Shown piece after piece: positions 29,775 through 37,991 of a stretch of 64,000 bases of DNA; position 1 is the first letter of the stretch; every line of letters begins with the position of its first letter. Under the pieces are notes generated by a model. It worked only from the letters and a program-made list of their open reading frames with translations. It did not search any database and was not told the DNA's origin. Both the position numbers and the translations under genes were made by a program. The stretch covers positions 32,457 through 96,456 of the forward strand of contig JAGBIM010000026.1 of the NCBI GenBank assembly GCA_017934975.1. Direction: 5' to 3'. The stretch comes from Clostridia bacterium (GTDB taxonomy: Bacteria > Bacillota > Clostridia > Oscillospirales > UBA644).

Positions 29775-29803
29775 ATTATATCATAAATTTGATAAAAGGT
29801 CAA
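29775..29803 (-). promoter_or_regulatory. Sigma-A promoter of the dockerin/metallophosphoesterase operon
   Basis: On the minus strand: TTGACC (29798-29803), 17 nt, TATAAT (29775-29780). Confidence 0.6.
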
Positions 29804-29905
29804 CGATTTTTACACGATTTTTCCTCCGTCGAAATGACGAAATTTCACCCCCTCTATTTGTGCAATATCACCAAAAACAAATTTCCGACATTTTTGTGAA
29901 ATCTC

Positions 29906-29934
29906 TTGAAAAGCCCCCGTCCCCGTGATACAAT
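29906..29934 (+). promoter_or_regulatory. Sigma-A promoter driving the cobalamin riboswitch
   Basis: TTGAAA (29906-29911), 17 nt, TACAAT (29929-29934). Confidence 0.55.
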
Positions 29935-29939
29935 GGGGG

Positions 29940-30150
29940 CGAAATCGAATAAACGCGCAATTCCGTGCCGCATCAGACGGCGCGGCGGCCCTGCCGTGAA
30001 GAGGAAATCCGGTGCAAATCCGGAGCAACCGCCATTACCGTGATCGCCCCCTGCCGTATGGGAGTGTCAGTCGGAATGCTCTTCGTCTTGTGAAACGAAA
30101 ACGACCTTTCGGGTATTTGGGAAGGGTGGTTTTCTGTTTGTTCTTTTTTG
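29940..30150 (+). promoter_or_regulatory. Cobalamin (B12) riboswitch with terminator-type expression platform
   Basis: The core gaagaGGAAatcCGGTGcaAATCCGGagCaaCCGCCattaCCGTga matches the conserved GGGAA..GGTG.AAATCC...CCCGCCACTGT core. There is a B12-box-like gtcagtcgg. The distal hairpin (aaacgaaaacgacc...ggtggttttctgttt) is followed by ttctttttt. Confidence 0.7.
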
Positions 30151-30179
30151 AAATTTTATCTTCAAAGGAGACAAAAACC

Positions 30180-30614
30180 ATGAAAAAAACACTTCGCATC
30201 CTCGCCCTCGTTCTGGCTCTGATTCTGGCCACCTTCGCCTTTGCCGCTTGCGGCGGTCAAGACGCATCCACCGACAACACCGACGTTTCCACCGTTTCCG
30301 GCACAGAAAAGCCCGAAGCCGCACAGATCTCCATCACCGTGAAGGTTGTGGACGACAAGGGCGAAACCACCGATTTTCCCATCAAGACCTCGGAAAAATT
30401 CCTCCGCGGCGCATTGGAACAGGAAAATCTGGTGGAAGGAGAAGACGGCCCCTACGGTCTGTATATTAAAAAGGTCAACGGCATTTCGGCGGATTATGAA
30501 ACCGACGGGGCTTACTGGTCGGTCTACGAAGGAGAAACCGCGGCCATGACGGGCGTGGATCAGATCGAACTGAAGGACGGCGGCGTTTATAAGCTCGTCT
30601 ACACCAAAGCATGA
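30180..30614 (+). CDS. DUF4430 (transcobalamin-like) lipoprotein
   Basis: ORF trimmed to ATG 30180 (RBS aaaggag). Lipobox LATFAFAACGG. YGLYIKKVNG...DGAYWSVYEGE...DGGVYKLVY resembles DUF4430 proteins often found behind B12 riboswitches. Confidence 0.6.
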   Translation: MKKTLRILALVLALILATFAFAACGGQDASTDNTDVSTVSGTEKPEAAQISITVKVVDDKGETTDFPIKTSEKFLRGALEQENLVEGEDGPYGLYIKKVNGISADYETDGAYWSVYEGETAAMTGVDQIELKDGGVYKLVYTKA

Positions 30615-31132
30615 GGAAAAAGCCCTTTCTGACGCTGAAAGAGATCGTTCTCTTCGGCCTCTTTCCCGCCTTGATGGTGGGGGCGCAATTCGCCCTTGCC
30701 GCCCTGCCGAACATTCATCTGACGGGGATTTTTATCGTCATTCTCACCCGTCTGTTTCGGGCAAAAGCCCTGATTCCTCTCTATATTTACGTGTTCCTGA
30801 TGGGGCTTCAGTTGGGCTTCAATCTCTGGTGGGTGCCCTATCTGTACGTCTGGGTGGTTTTGTGGGGAATGGCCATGCTGATCCCCAAAAACATCCCCGA
30901 CAAATGGGCCGCCCTTGCGTATCCCTTGGTCTGTAGCCTGCACGGATTTTTATACGGCACTCTGTGGGCCTTTTCCCAACCCTTCCTGATGGATCTGCCT
31001 TGGGAAAGCCTTGGAATCTACATCGCAAACGGCATTCCCTTCGACGTGACCCACGGCATCAGCAACCTGGTACTGGGCACGCTGATCCTCCCCACCTGCA
31101 AAGCCCTCCGCTTTTTCACGGACAAAAAATAA
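30611..31132 (+). CDS. Small polytopic membrane protein, possible ECF-transporter S component
   Basis: 173 aa with about 5-6 TM helices. ATGA overlap with the DUF4430 gene and under the same riboswitch. No ECF A/T genes are nearby. Confidence 0.4.
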   Translation: MRKKPFLTLKEIVLFGLFPALMVGAQFALAALPNIHLTGIFIVILTRLFRAKALIPLYIYVFLMGLQLGFNLWWVPYLYVWVVLWGMAMLIPKNIPDKWAALAYPLVCSLHGFLYGTLWAFSQPFLMDLPWESLGIYIANGIPFDVTHGISNLVLGTLILPTCKALRFFTDKK

Positions 31133-31137
31133 CGAAA

Positions 31138-31175
31138 AGATCCCCGAACACTCCGTTCGGGGATCTCTTTATTTT
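31138..31175. terminator. Bidirectional terminator between the S-component gene (+) and the M29 aminopeptidase (-)
   Basis: agatccccgaac-actcc-gttcggggatct-ctttatttt, with an A-run upstream. Confidence 0.8.
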
Positions 31176-31181
31176 ATAGAT

Positions 31182-32432
31182 TTACTGCAATTCCGCCAGC
31201 ATTTCGGGGGCCCAGTCGCCGTTGCGGAAGACGGGGACGCGGGTGCCGTCGCCGCAGATGCCCGTGATGGACAGATCGTCGCATCCGATCATGAAATCCA
31301 CGTGAATCAGCGAATCGTTCAGGCCACGCTCGGTCAGTTCCTTGCGGGTCAGCTTTTCGAAGCCGGGATACAGATTGGTGTAGGCACTTCCCAGCGCCAC
31401 GTGGCAAGAGGCGTTCTCGTCGAAGAGGGTGTTGTAGAAGAGAATGCCCGACTGATTGATGGGCGACTGCTTGGAAACCAAGGCCAATTCTCCCAGCATG
31501 GTGGCCCCTTCGTCCATGGTCAGAAGCTGGTCCAGCATGGCTTTGCCCTTTTCCGCCTCCCAGGAAACGGCCTTGCCGCCCTCGAAGGTGATGGAGAAAT
31601 TCTCGATCAGCTGACCGTTATAGGACAGAGGCTTGGTGGAGACCAGTTTGCCCGAGGCGGCCCCTGCTTTGGGCGCGGTGAAGATTTCCTCCGTGGGCAG
31701 GTTGGGATTGAAGAAATGCCCGTCCAGAGTGGCTTCTCCGCCCCCCGCCCATTGGCAACCCTGAATCAGCCCCACGAAGAGGTTTGTGCCGTTGGAGGAA
31801 GCATATTCCATGGCGGCAAAGGATTTCTTGTTCAGCCAATCGCACTTGGCGCGGAAGGTTTCGTTGATGGCTTCCCATTCCCTGACGGGGTCCGTATCGG
31901 CGGAAACGTGGACGGTTTTGAGGATGGCGTCCCACAGCTTGTTCACCGCCTGACCGGGGGTCAGATCGGGGAAGATCTTCTTGGCCCAGGCCTTGGAGGG
32001 GGCGGCGGCGATGGTCCACGCGTGCTTGTTTTCCATGGCGTCCCGATAGGGCTTGAGGGCCTTGACACGGGCGGTCTGCACGGCGCGGATCTTCTCCTGG
32101 CTGATCCCCCGCAACAGATCGGGATCCTCCGATTCAATGAAAATACGGCAGGGAAGGCGCTCGGACATATCCTTGGCCTTTTCCTTCTCCCAACGGGGAA
32201 CCTCCGCCATCACGTCGGTCATGCGGTGGGTGTAATGCAGACGGGTCAAGGCGTCGTTGGTCCATTCCACGGCCACGTGCTCCGCGCCGCAGCGGTAGGC
32301 GTCTTTGACCACCTCCACCACCAGATCGGACTGCTCCGTAGCGGCCCAGACGATGACGCGGTTGCCCCGCTGAACGTTTGCCCCCACCCGCACGATGAGA
32401 CGGGCGTACTTTTTCAGCAAATTTTTGTTCAT
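31182..32432 (-). CDS. Aminopeptidase, M29 family (AmpS/PepS-like)
   Basis: MNKNLLKKYARLIVRVGANVQRGNRVIV..., FEGGKAV, HVALGSAY, IHVDFMIG. Confidence 0.85.
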   Translation of the reverse strand: MNKNLLKKYARLIVRVGANVQRGNRVIVWAATEQSDLVVEVVKDAYRCGAEHVAVEWTNDALTRLHYTHRMTDVMAEVPRWEKEKAKDMSERLPCRIFIESEDPDLLRGISQEKIRAVQTARVKALKPYRDAMENKHAWTIAAAPSKAWAKKIFPDLTPGQAVNKLWDAILKTVHVSADTDPVREWEAINETFRAKCDWLNKKSFAAMEYASSNGTNLFVGLIQGCQWAGGGEATLDGHFFNPNLPTEEIFTAPKAGAASGKLVSTKPLSYNGQLIENFSITFEGGKAVSWEAEKGKAMLDQLLTMDEGATMLGELALVSKQSPINQSGILFYNTLFDENASCHVALGSAYTNLYPGFEKLTRKELTERGLNDSLIHVDFMIGCDDLSITGICGDGTRVPVFRNGDWAPEMLAELQ

Positions 32433-32450
32433 GTTATCTTCTCCTCTCGG

Positions 32451-33746
32451 TTAATTCCATTGTAAGCCTTCGTCGGACAGGGAAAAATCTTCCGAATAGA
32501 AGGCGGTGATGCCGCGGACCATGTAGTCCACGTCCTTGCAGCCTGCCGTTTCCCGCGCCGAATGCATGGCCAGCTGGGGAAGGCCGATATCCACCCCCCG
32601 CATGGGGACTTGGGCCTCGGAAAGATTCCCTAACGTGGATCCGCCCCGCTTATCCGCCCGATTGGCGAAGGTCTGGACGGGAACCGAGGCCTTGCGGCAG
32701 ATTTCCGCGAAAACCGCCCCCGAAAATCCGTCGGACATATACCGCTGGGCGGCGTTGTACTTGATCACGATGCCTCCGTTCATGCGGGGAGCGTTCTGTC
32801 CGTCGCTCAATTCGGGATGGTTGGGGTGCAGTGCGTGGGCGTTGTCCGCCGAAACGAAGAAGGAGCGGGCAAAGGCGGCCTGCCGCTGCCTTTCATCGGG
32901 CAGGACCCGCGCCAGAACGTCCTTCAAAAAGGTGCCCGCCGCCCCTGCGTAGGACAGAGAGCCGGTCTCCTCGTTGTCAAACAGAGCAAAGACGGAAATG
33001 ACGTTTTCGGGACCTTCTGCCGCCAAAAATCCTTCCAGACAGGTGTAAACGCATTCCAGATCGTCCAGACGGGGAGACACCAGAAGTCCCTCCTCCGCAG
33101 AACCGATCACCTGCCCCTTTTCGGGGATGACGAGGGAAAGATCCCAGCCCACCACGGCGTCTTTGGGGAAATCTTCCCCCGATTCCTTCAGAATTTCCAC
33201 GATCATTTCCTTCAGATCGCCTCCCGCACAGAGGGGAATCAGATCGCATTTCGGATCAAGAACCAATCCGTCGTTCATGGGACGAAGATGGGGCGCCGTG
33301 TTGGGAATCACCGCCACGGGCTTTTGGGAGAAAATCAACTTGGGCACAATTCCTTCTTCCGTGCGAAGCATCACCCGTCCCGCCAACCCCAAGGGGGTGT
33401 CCATCCAGGAGGAATGAATGGATCCGCCGTACAGTTCCGTGTTCAGACGGGGTTGGTTTCCCGTCAACATCCCGTCGGGCTTCACCCGAAAGCAGGGGGA
33501 ATCCCCGTGGGCGGCGGTGACGCGGAAGGAGGCTTTTTCGGGATTCAGGCCCTCGGGAATCCGCAGGGCGATGAGGGCAGACCCGTTACGGGTCACGTAA
33601 AAATCCCCTGCGCCGAAGGACTGATTTTCCCATGCGGGAAGGTGCGAAAAGCCCTTTTCCTCCAAGGCGGTCTTCACGTTTTGAACCGCGTGCCAAGGCG
33701 TGGGCGTGGCGGCAATTTTTTCCAAAAGGTCCAAAGACGTCAACAT
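32451..33746 (-). CDS. M18-family aminopeptidase (aspartyl aminopeptidase-like)
   Basis: Start moved to ATG 33746 (RBS agagga, 8-nt spacer), which removes the overlap with the upstream gene. AAHGDSPCFRVKP, FDNEETGS, GGSTLGN, MHSARE. Confidence 0.8.
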   Translation of the reverse strand: MLTSLDLLEKIAATPTPWHAVQNVKTALEEKGFSHLPAWENQSFGAGDFYVTRNGSALIALRIPEGLNPEKASFRVTAAHGDSPCFRVKPDGMLTGNQPRLNTELYGGSIHSSWMDTPLGLAGRVMLRTEEGIVPKLIFSQKPVAVIPNTAPHLRPMNDGLVLDPKCDLIPLCAGGDLKEMIVEILKESGEDFPKDAVVGWDLSLVIPEKGQVIGSAEEGLLVSPRLDDLECVYTCLEGFLAAEGPENVISVFALFDNEETGSLSYAGAAGTFLKDVLARVLPDERQRQAAFARSFFVSADNAHALHPNHPELSDGQNAPRMNGGIVIKYNAAQRYMSDGFSGAVFAEICRKASVPVQTFANRADKRGGSTLGNLSEAQVPMRGVDIGLPQLAMHSARETAGCKDVDYMVRGITAFYSEDFSLSDEGLQWN

Positions 33747-33747
33747 T

Positions 33748-34308
33748 TTAACAATCCTCTTTTCCGTATTTTGCATTGCGTTTTTTCAGTTTGCGAAGGT
33801 AACGAAAGGTTTCCTTCTCCCCTTTTTCCTTCAGCATCACGAGCCAGGATTCCAGCAGATCCGACGTGTCGGGGTGAATGACGCGGGTGGGCTTTGCCCG
33901 CAGAAAATATTGCAGGGGATGCTCCTCGGTATAGGCCTTTCCCTGATAAATTTTGCTGGCGGCCACCCGATCGCAGAACATCTCCACCACGAAAATCAGA
34001 GGCATTTTCACCGGCTCCCGCTGATGGGTTTTGGGGTTATAATCAAACCAATATTCAAAGTGATGGCGGTTACGCCCCTGATGATGGAGCCAAGCGGCGG
34101 AATGGCCCTTTTCCTCCCGTGCCTTTTCGTTGGGAGAGCGGGTGCCCTGATAGCAACGGGCTCCTTCTCCAAATTCCGTAGGCGTGTATTTCGAAAGATC
34201 GTGCATCAACCCCCGCCAAGGGATCCCCGCCCGAAAGCAGTGGGCAATGACCCGATGGCGATGCTTGGTGATGGTATGAAAATGGCGAAAAGCACCCTTC
34301 AAAGACAT
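33748..34308 (-). CDS. DUF5662-like protein (HD-like helical protein, often mis-annotated as catalase)
   Basis: HFHTITKHRHRVIAHCFRAGIPWRGLMHDLSKYTPTEF...HHQGRNRHHFEYW. Family assigned from memory of the DUF5662 pattern. Confidence 0.5.
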   Translation of the reverse strand: MSLKGAFRHFHTITKHRHRVIAHCFRAGIPWRGLMHDLSKYTPTEFGEGARCYQGTRSPNEKAREEKGHSAAWLHHQGRNRHHFEYWFDYNPKTHQREPVKMPLIFVVEMFCDRVAASKIYQGKAYTEEHPLQYFLRAKPTRVIHPDTSDLLESWLVMLKEKGEKETFRYLRKLKKRNAKYGKEDC

Positions 34309-34393
34309 AATAAACCTCCCTTTATTCCGCGGAAACGGTTTCTTCTTTCAAACAATCGGGCAGACGGCACGAAAACAAAAACTTTACCATCGC

Positions 34394-35221
34394 TTACGCC
34401 TCCCGACTTCCTTCAAAGGGCAGATTCCCGTATTTTGCAAGAATTTCTCCGGAAGAAGTGGGCAAAAACAACTCCCAAGCCTCCCCGTCGAACAGGGTGA
34501 CGCGGGCGTATTCCTCCACGCGGCGGCTGATATGCTGCTCCGAAGGAAGCAGGTCGGGACGAACGGAACCGTATTCCCCGCCGTCGGCCCGATCGTATAC
34601 GAAACGCACCTTTTTGCAACGCTCCACGGAACGGAATACGTGGGGAGAAAACCCCAGAACCTCGCGGGTCAATCCCATACAGATCTTCCCATCCTCCTCA
34701 AACAAAAAGCCGTCCACGGTGTGAAAATCGTATTTCACGTCCCCCGCGACCCGCTCCTTGCCCCGTCCGTGGGCAGGGAGAAAATAGACGGGGAAGGGGA
34801 TGGCATCGTCGGGAATCCCGAGGGATTTTTTCCGCGCCGAAAAGGCCTCGTTGCAGGCCTCGGCCAAGGCGCGGTTTTTCTTTCCCTTGCGAAGAAGCAA
34901 CTTGGCAACTTTCCGATAAACCGCAACGAAAATCGCGGACAGCAAAACGGCGGAAAGCAGCCACCCGAACAGAAAGGGAATCTGCGTATAGGAAAGGACA
35001 ATCCACTCCCAAAGCTTGTAGGTCAAAAAGAAGATCACGCCGATTCCAATCGCCACGGGCAACCGCAAAAAGGCCAACTCGTGGGCGGAATGGTCGCGCA
35101 AAGCGCTTTGCACCCAACCCGCAGTATCGGGATCCACCGTACGCAGAACAAAATTGCTTCCTTCCAATCGGTTTCCGGGACGGGAAGGATCGTCCACCCG
35201 ATATAACAGTATATTTTTCAT
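34394..35221 (-). CDS. Hypothetical two-TM membrane protein
   Basis: 275-aa ORF with ATGA overlap with the upstream DUF218 gene. Two central hydrophobic helices. No recognisable family. Confidence 0.5.
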   Translation of the reverse strand: MKNILLYRVDDPSRPGNRLEGSNFVLRTVDPDTAGWVQSALRDHSAHELAFLRLPVAIGIGVIFFLTYKLWEWIVLSYTQIPFLFGWLLSAVLLSAIFVAVYRKVAKLLLRKGKKNRALAEACNEAFSARKKSLGIPDDAIPFPVYFLPAHGRGKERVAGDVKYDFHTVDGFLFEEDGKICMGLTREVLGFSPHVFRSVERCKKVRFVYDRADGGEYGSVRPDLLPSEQHISRRVEEYARVTLFDGEAWELFLPTSSGEILAKYGNLPFEGSREA

Positions 35222-35850
35222 TCCGTTTTTTCTCCAAATTCAATTTCGTCAAACCAGCCCCGCAAAACGCCCGTGCAGAGCAATTCCCCTTCCCGATACA
35301 CCCGCTCCGCATAGAAGGGGTCCTCCGTCCAACGGGAGGGTCCGTCGGGGAGGGAAAGGTCCGTATACCCCGCGAAATCCACCGTGCGGGGCAGGTAAAT
35401 ACGGGCGTATTCCAGGCTCCGCCGCAAATGGGAGGGAGAGGTAACCACGTAGACCCTGCGCACGTTCTTGATCTTCAAAACGCGCATCATCAGAAGGGTG
35501 GAGCAGACCATGTTCTCATGGGTGGTGCGTGCCTCGTTTTCCAAGAGAATCACCTCTTGGGGAACGCCCAGCTCCAGCAGACACGCTTTCAGATATTCCG
35601 CCTCGGTGCAACGCCCCTTGTCGGAATCCCATTCCACGCCGCCCGTGGGCATCAGATACTCCACGCGGCCTGCAAAAAACAACGCTGCCGCCGCCTTGGC
35701 GCGGTCCATGAGGACCCTTGGATTTCCTCCTAAAATCAAGGCAACCTGCCCAAATCCCCCATCGTCAACGAAATCGCCAAATACGATCTCGGTCACGTTT
35801 TCAGGGGAAAGAGAACGGATCTGCGCGGGAAGAATTTTGGATAATTTCAT
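35218..35850 (-). CDS. YdcF/DUF218 family protein
   Basis: ALILGGNPRVLMDRAKAAAALF, PTGG, EARTTHENM, VTSPSHLRRS. Confidence 0.75.
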   Translation of the reverse strand: MKLSKILPAQIRSLSPENVTEIVFGDFVDDGGFGQVALILGGNPRVLMDRAKAAAALFFAGRVEYLMPTGGVEWDSDKGRCTEAEYLKACLLELGVPQEVILLENEARTTHENMVCSTLLMMRVLKIKNVRRVYVVTSPSHLRRSLEYARIYLPRTVDFAGYTDLSLPDGPSRWTEDPFYAERVYREGELLCTGVLRGWFDEIEFGEKTE

Positions 35851-36545
35851 AACAAAACCTCTTTGTTCGTGCCGTAAAAAATATCGGATTTTCCGCTCAT
35901 CATCTGCAGAAATTCCTCAAATCGACCCCATTCGTCCCGAATATCGAACTCGTAGGCGTGTCCCCAGATATAGAAAATCTGCGGCTTGTCGGGAGTAAGA
36001 GACAAGAATTTTTCACCCAATTCAAACATTCCATCCATGTCCCGATGATGGTAGACGGTGGGGGAAAATTCGTACAGATCGGCCTGCAGATCGAAGGATG
36101 CGTTGGAATCGGTGGTGCGGGCGTAACGGATGCCCGTATGCTCCCGAATCAGATCCGCCACCCGCTTATCGTGGTTGACGCCGCCGCCGGGGTAGGCAAA
36201 GCCCACCACCTCGTATCCCGCAAGGTCGGACAGGCGCAGACGGTCCTCCTCCACCTGACGGATCACCTCGGCAGGGTCTTCCATCTTCGGAAGAAAGGGA
36301 TGGGTCAGCGTATGGGCGGCAATCTCGTGCCCCGCGTAAATCTTGCGCACGTCCTCGGCGGGATTCTTGATATGGGTGATCTCCACCCCGTCCCGCACCA
36401 GCGCCCCGTCCCGTCCCAAAAGCTCGGAATTGAGGTTAAAGGTGGCCTTCATGCCGTATTTGTGAAACAACTCCGCCAGTCGGATATCCTGGGTAACCCC
36501 GTCGTCGTAACTGAAGGTGATGGCTTTCCTTTTTCCCTGAAACAT
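35847..36545 (-). CDS. Polysaccharide deacetylase (NodB/CE4 family)
   Basis: ITFSYDDGVTQD, EIAAHTLTHP, FAYPGG. Confidence 0.8.
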   Translation of the reverse strand: MFQGKRKAITFSYDDGVTQDIRLAELFHKYGMKATFNLNSELLGRDGALVRDGVEITHIKNPAEDVRKIYAGHEIAAHTLTHPFLPKMEDPAEVIRQVEEDRLRLSDLAGYEVVGFAYPGGGVNHDKRVADLIREHTGIRYARTTDSNASFDLQADLYEFSPTVYHHRDMDGMFELGEKFLSLTPDKPQIFYIWGHAYEFDIRDEWGRFEEFLQMMSGKSDIFYGTNKEVLL

Positions 36546-36548
36546 TTC

Positions 36549-37253
36549 TTACGCGTTCCTTTCGAAGATTTCTTCGTGCTGATCAAATTCCCCTTCGCTG
36601 AGGACCAAGGTGATCTTCGCGGCGGAGACCAGATAATCCCGCAGTTTTTCACCCGTATCGGTGCCGTCGGGAACGAGAACGCCGCAGTAGGGGCGGAAGG
36701 TGTCCCCGTGAAAATCGCTGCCGCAGGTGACGATTTTTCCGTGTTCCCGCGCAAGGGGCGCGAGTTTTTCGTAAAAATGCCCCTCGTAGAAGGGATGGCA
36801 GTTCATTTCAAGGCCGTCCAGATACCGCAGATCCTGCACCAGGCTTCCCCGACGCAAGGGATGGGCCTGCACCAGAATCCCCCCTGCGGCGTGGACGGTT
36901 TCGTACAACTTTTCGGGGGAATAATCGTACAGAGTTGGATGCTCCAAAACAAAATCGGGAGAAACGCCGTAGATCTTGATATGACTTCTGCCCATGGCGT
37001 TAAAAGACAGTTCGATTCCGAACAGTACCGCCAACCCCACCTGCTCTCCGTAGGCGTGCGCCAAACGAAATTCTTCCGCATAGCGGGCGGCAAAGGCGGC
37101 CGCGTCGCCCTTTTCCACGTAGTCGTCAATATAGTGATTGGTCAAAACGATTCCGTCCAGCCCCTTTTCCTTGGCCCGACGGATGGTCTCGTCGTAGGGA
37201 ATCCGTCCGCATTGGCTGATTCCCGAAGAATGTACGTGAAAATCCAATAACAT
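36549..37253 (-). CDS. PHP-domain phosphoesterase
   Basis: Start moved to ATG 37253 (MLLDFHVHSSGISQCG). LTNHY, QAHP, GSDFHG. Confidence 0.7.
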   Translation of the reverse strand: MLLDFHVHSSGISQCGRIPYDETIRRAKEKGLDGIVLTNHYIDDYVEKGDAAAFAARYAEEFRLAHAYGEQVGLAVLFGIELSFNAMGRSHIKIYGVSPDFVLEHPTLYDYSPEKLYETVHAAGGILVQAHPLRRGSLVQDLRYLDGLEMNCHPFYEGHFYEKLAPLAREHGKIVTCGSDFHGDTFRPYCGVLVPDGTDTGEKLRDYLVSAAKITLVLSEGEFDQHEEIFERNA

Positions 37254-37254
37254 A

Positions 37255-37977
37255 TCAAATCCCTGCCGTTTCTTTTGCAATTTTCTCCCCGAGGGCAATG
37301 GCTTCTTCCGTCATTTCCACGTCAAAATCCCGAAATCCGTTGCCCGTGGGATCCTTGCCGAAGAAGGTGGCAAACCACAGACAGGCAAGGGTGTACCGTC
37401 CGATTCCGAGAGATGCGTGAAAGCCGTCCCGATAGGTCTCCGCTCCCACGGCACCGTAAAGACGGTTCATGGCCTCCAGGGCGGGAATCCGACCCGCGGC
37501 ACCCACCGTTTCCGCCGCCTTTTCGTAACAAACCCGCAATGCGGGGATCATTTCCGCCCGATTTGCAAAGCCCGTCAGTCCGAAACGGGGACATCCCTCC
37601 TCAAAGGACCAAGTGTCCTGCCACCACAGGGCGGCCTTGGGGCAGCAGCGGCGAAAATAGGCCGCAAGCTCCGCCAGATAGGGCTCGTAGGAATCCCATT
37701 TCCCCGACCGGGGACTGCATTGCTGGGTCACGATCACGTCCCATTCGTCGGAGAGAATCGCCTCCTTCAGAGAGACCTTCAGGCCCGAGTCCATGCCGTT
37801 GATGTAATAATCGTAGGCCTTTTCCTCGGAAAGCATATTGCGGTAATGCCGTGCCAGACTGCATCCGCCGATGTATAGGGTGACGATCTTCACCCGTTCC
37901 CCCGCCGCTCGGCAAATTCCGTGCAGATAGCGGGTGGCGTCCACGCCGAAGCTGTTGGAGACCGAAAGAATTTTCAT
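37255..37977 (-). CDS. DUF4886/SGNH-hydrolase-like protein
   Basis: MKILSVSNSFGVDATRYL...YIGGCSL...DGFHAS fits an SGNH-like fold. 1-nt gap to the PHP gene. Confidence 0.55.
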   Translation of the reverse strand: MKILSVSNSFGVDATRYLHGICRAAGERVKIVTLYIGGCSLARHYRNMLSEEKAYDYYINGMDSGLKVSLKEAILSDEWDVIVTQQCSPRSGKWDSYEPYLAELAAYFRRCCPKAALWWQDTWSFEEGCPRFGLTGFANRAEMIPALRVCYEKAAETVGAAGRIPALEAMNRLYGAVGAETYRDGFHASLGIGRYTLACLWFATFFGKDPTGNGFRDFDVEMTEEAIALGEKIAKETAGI

Positions 37978-37991
37978 ACTGGTTCCTCCCT

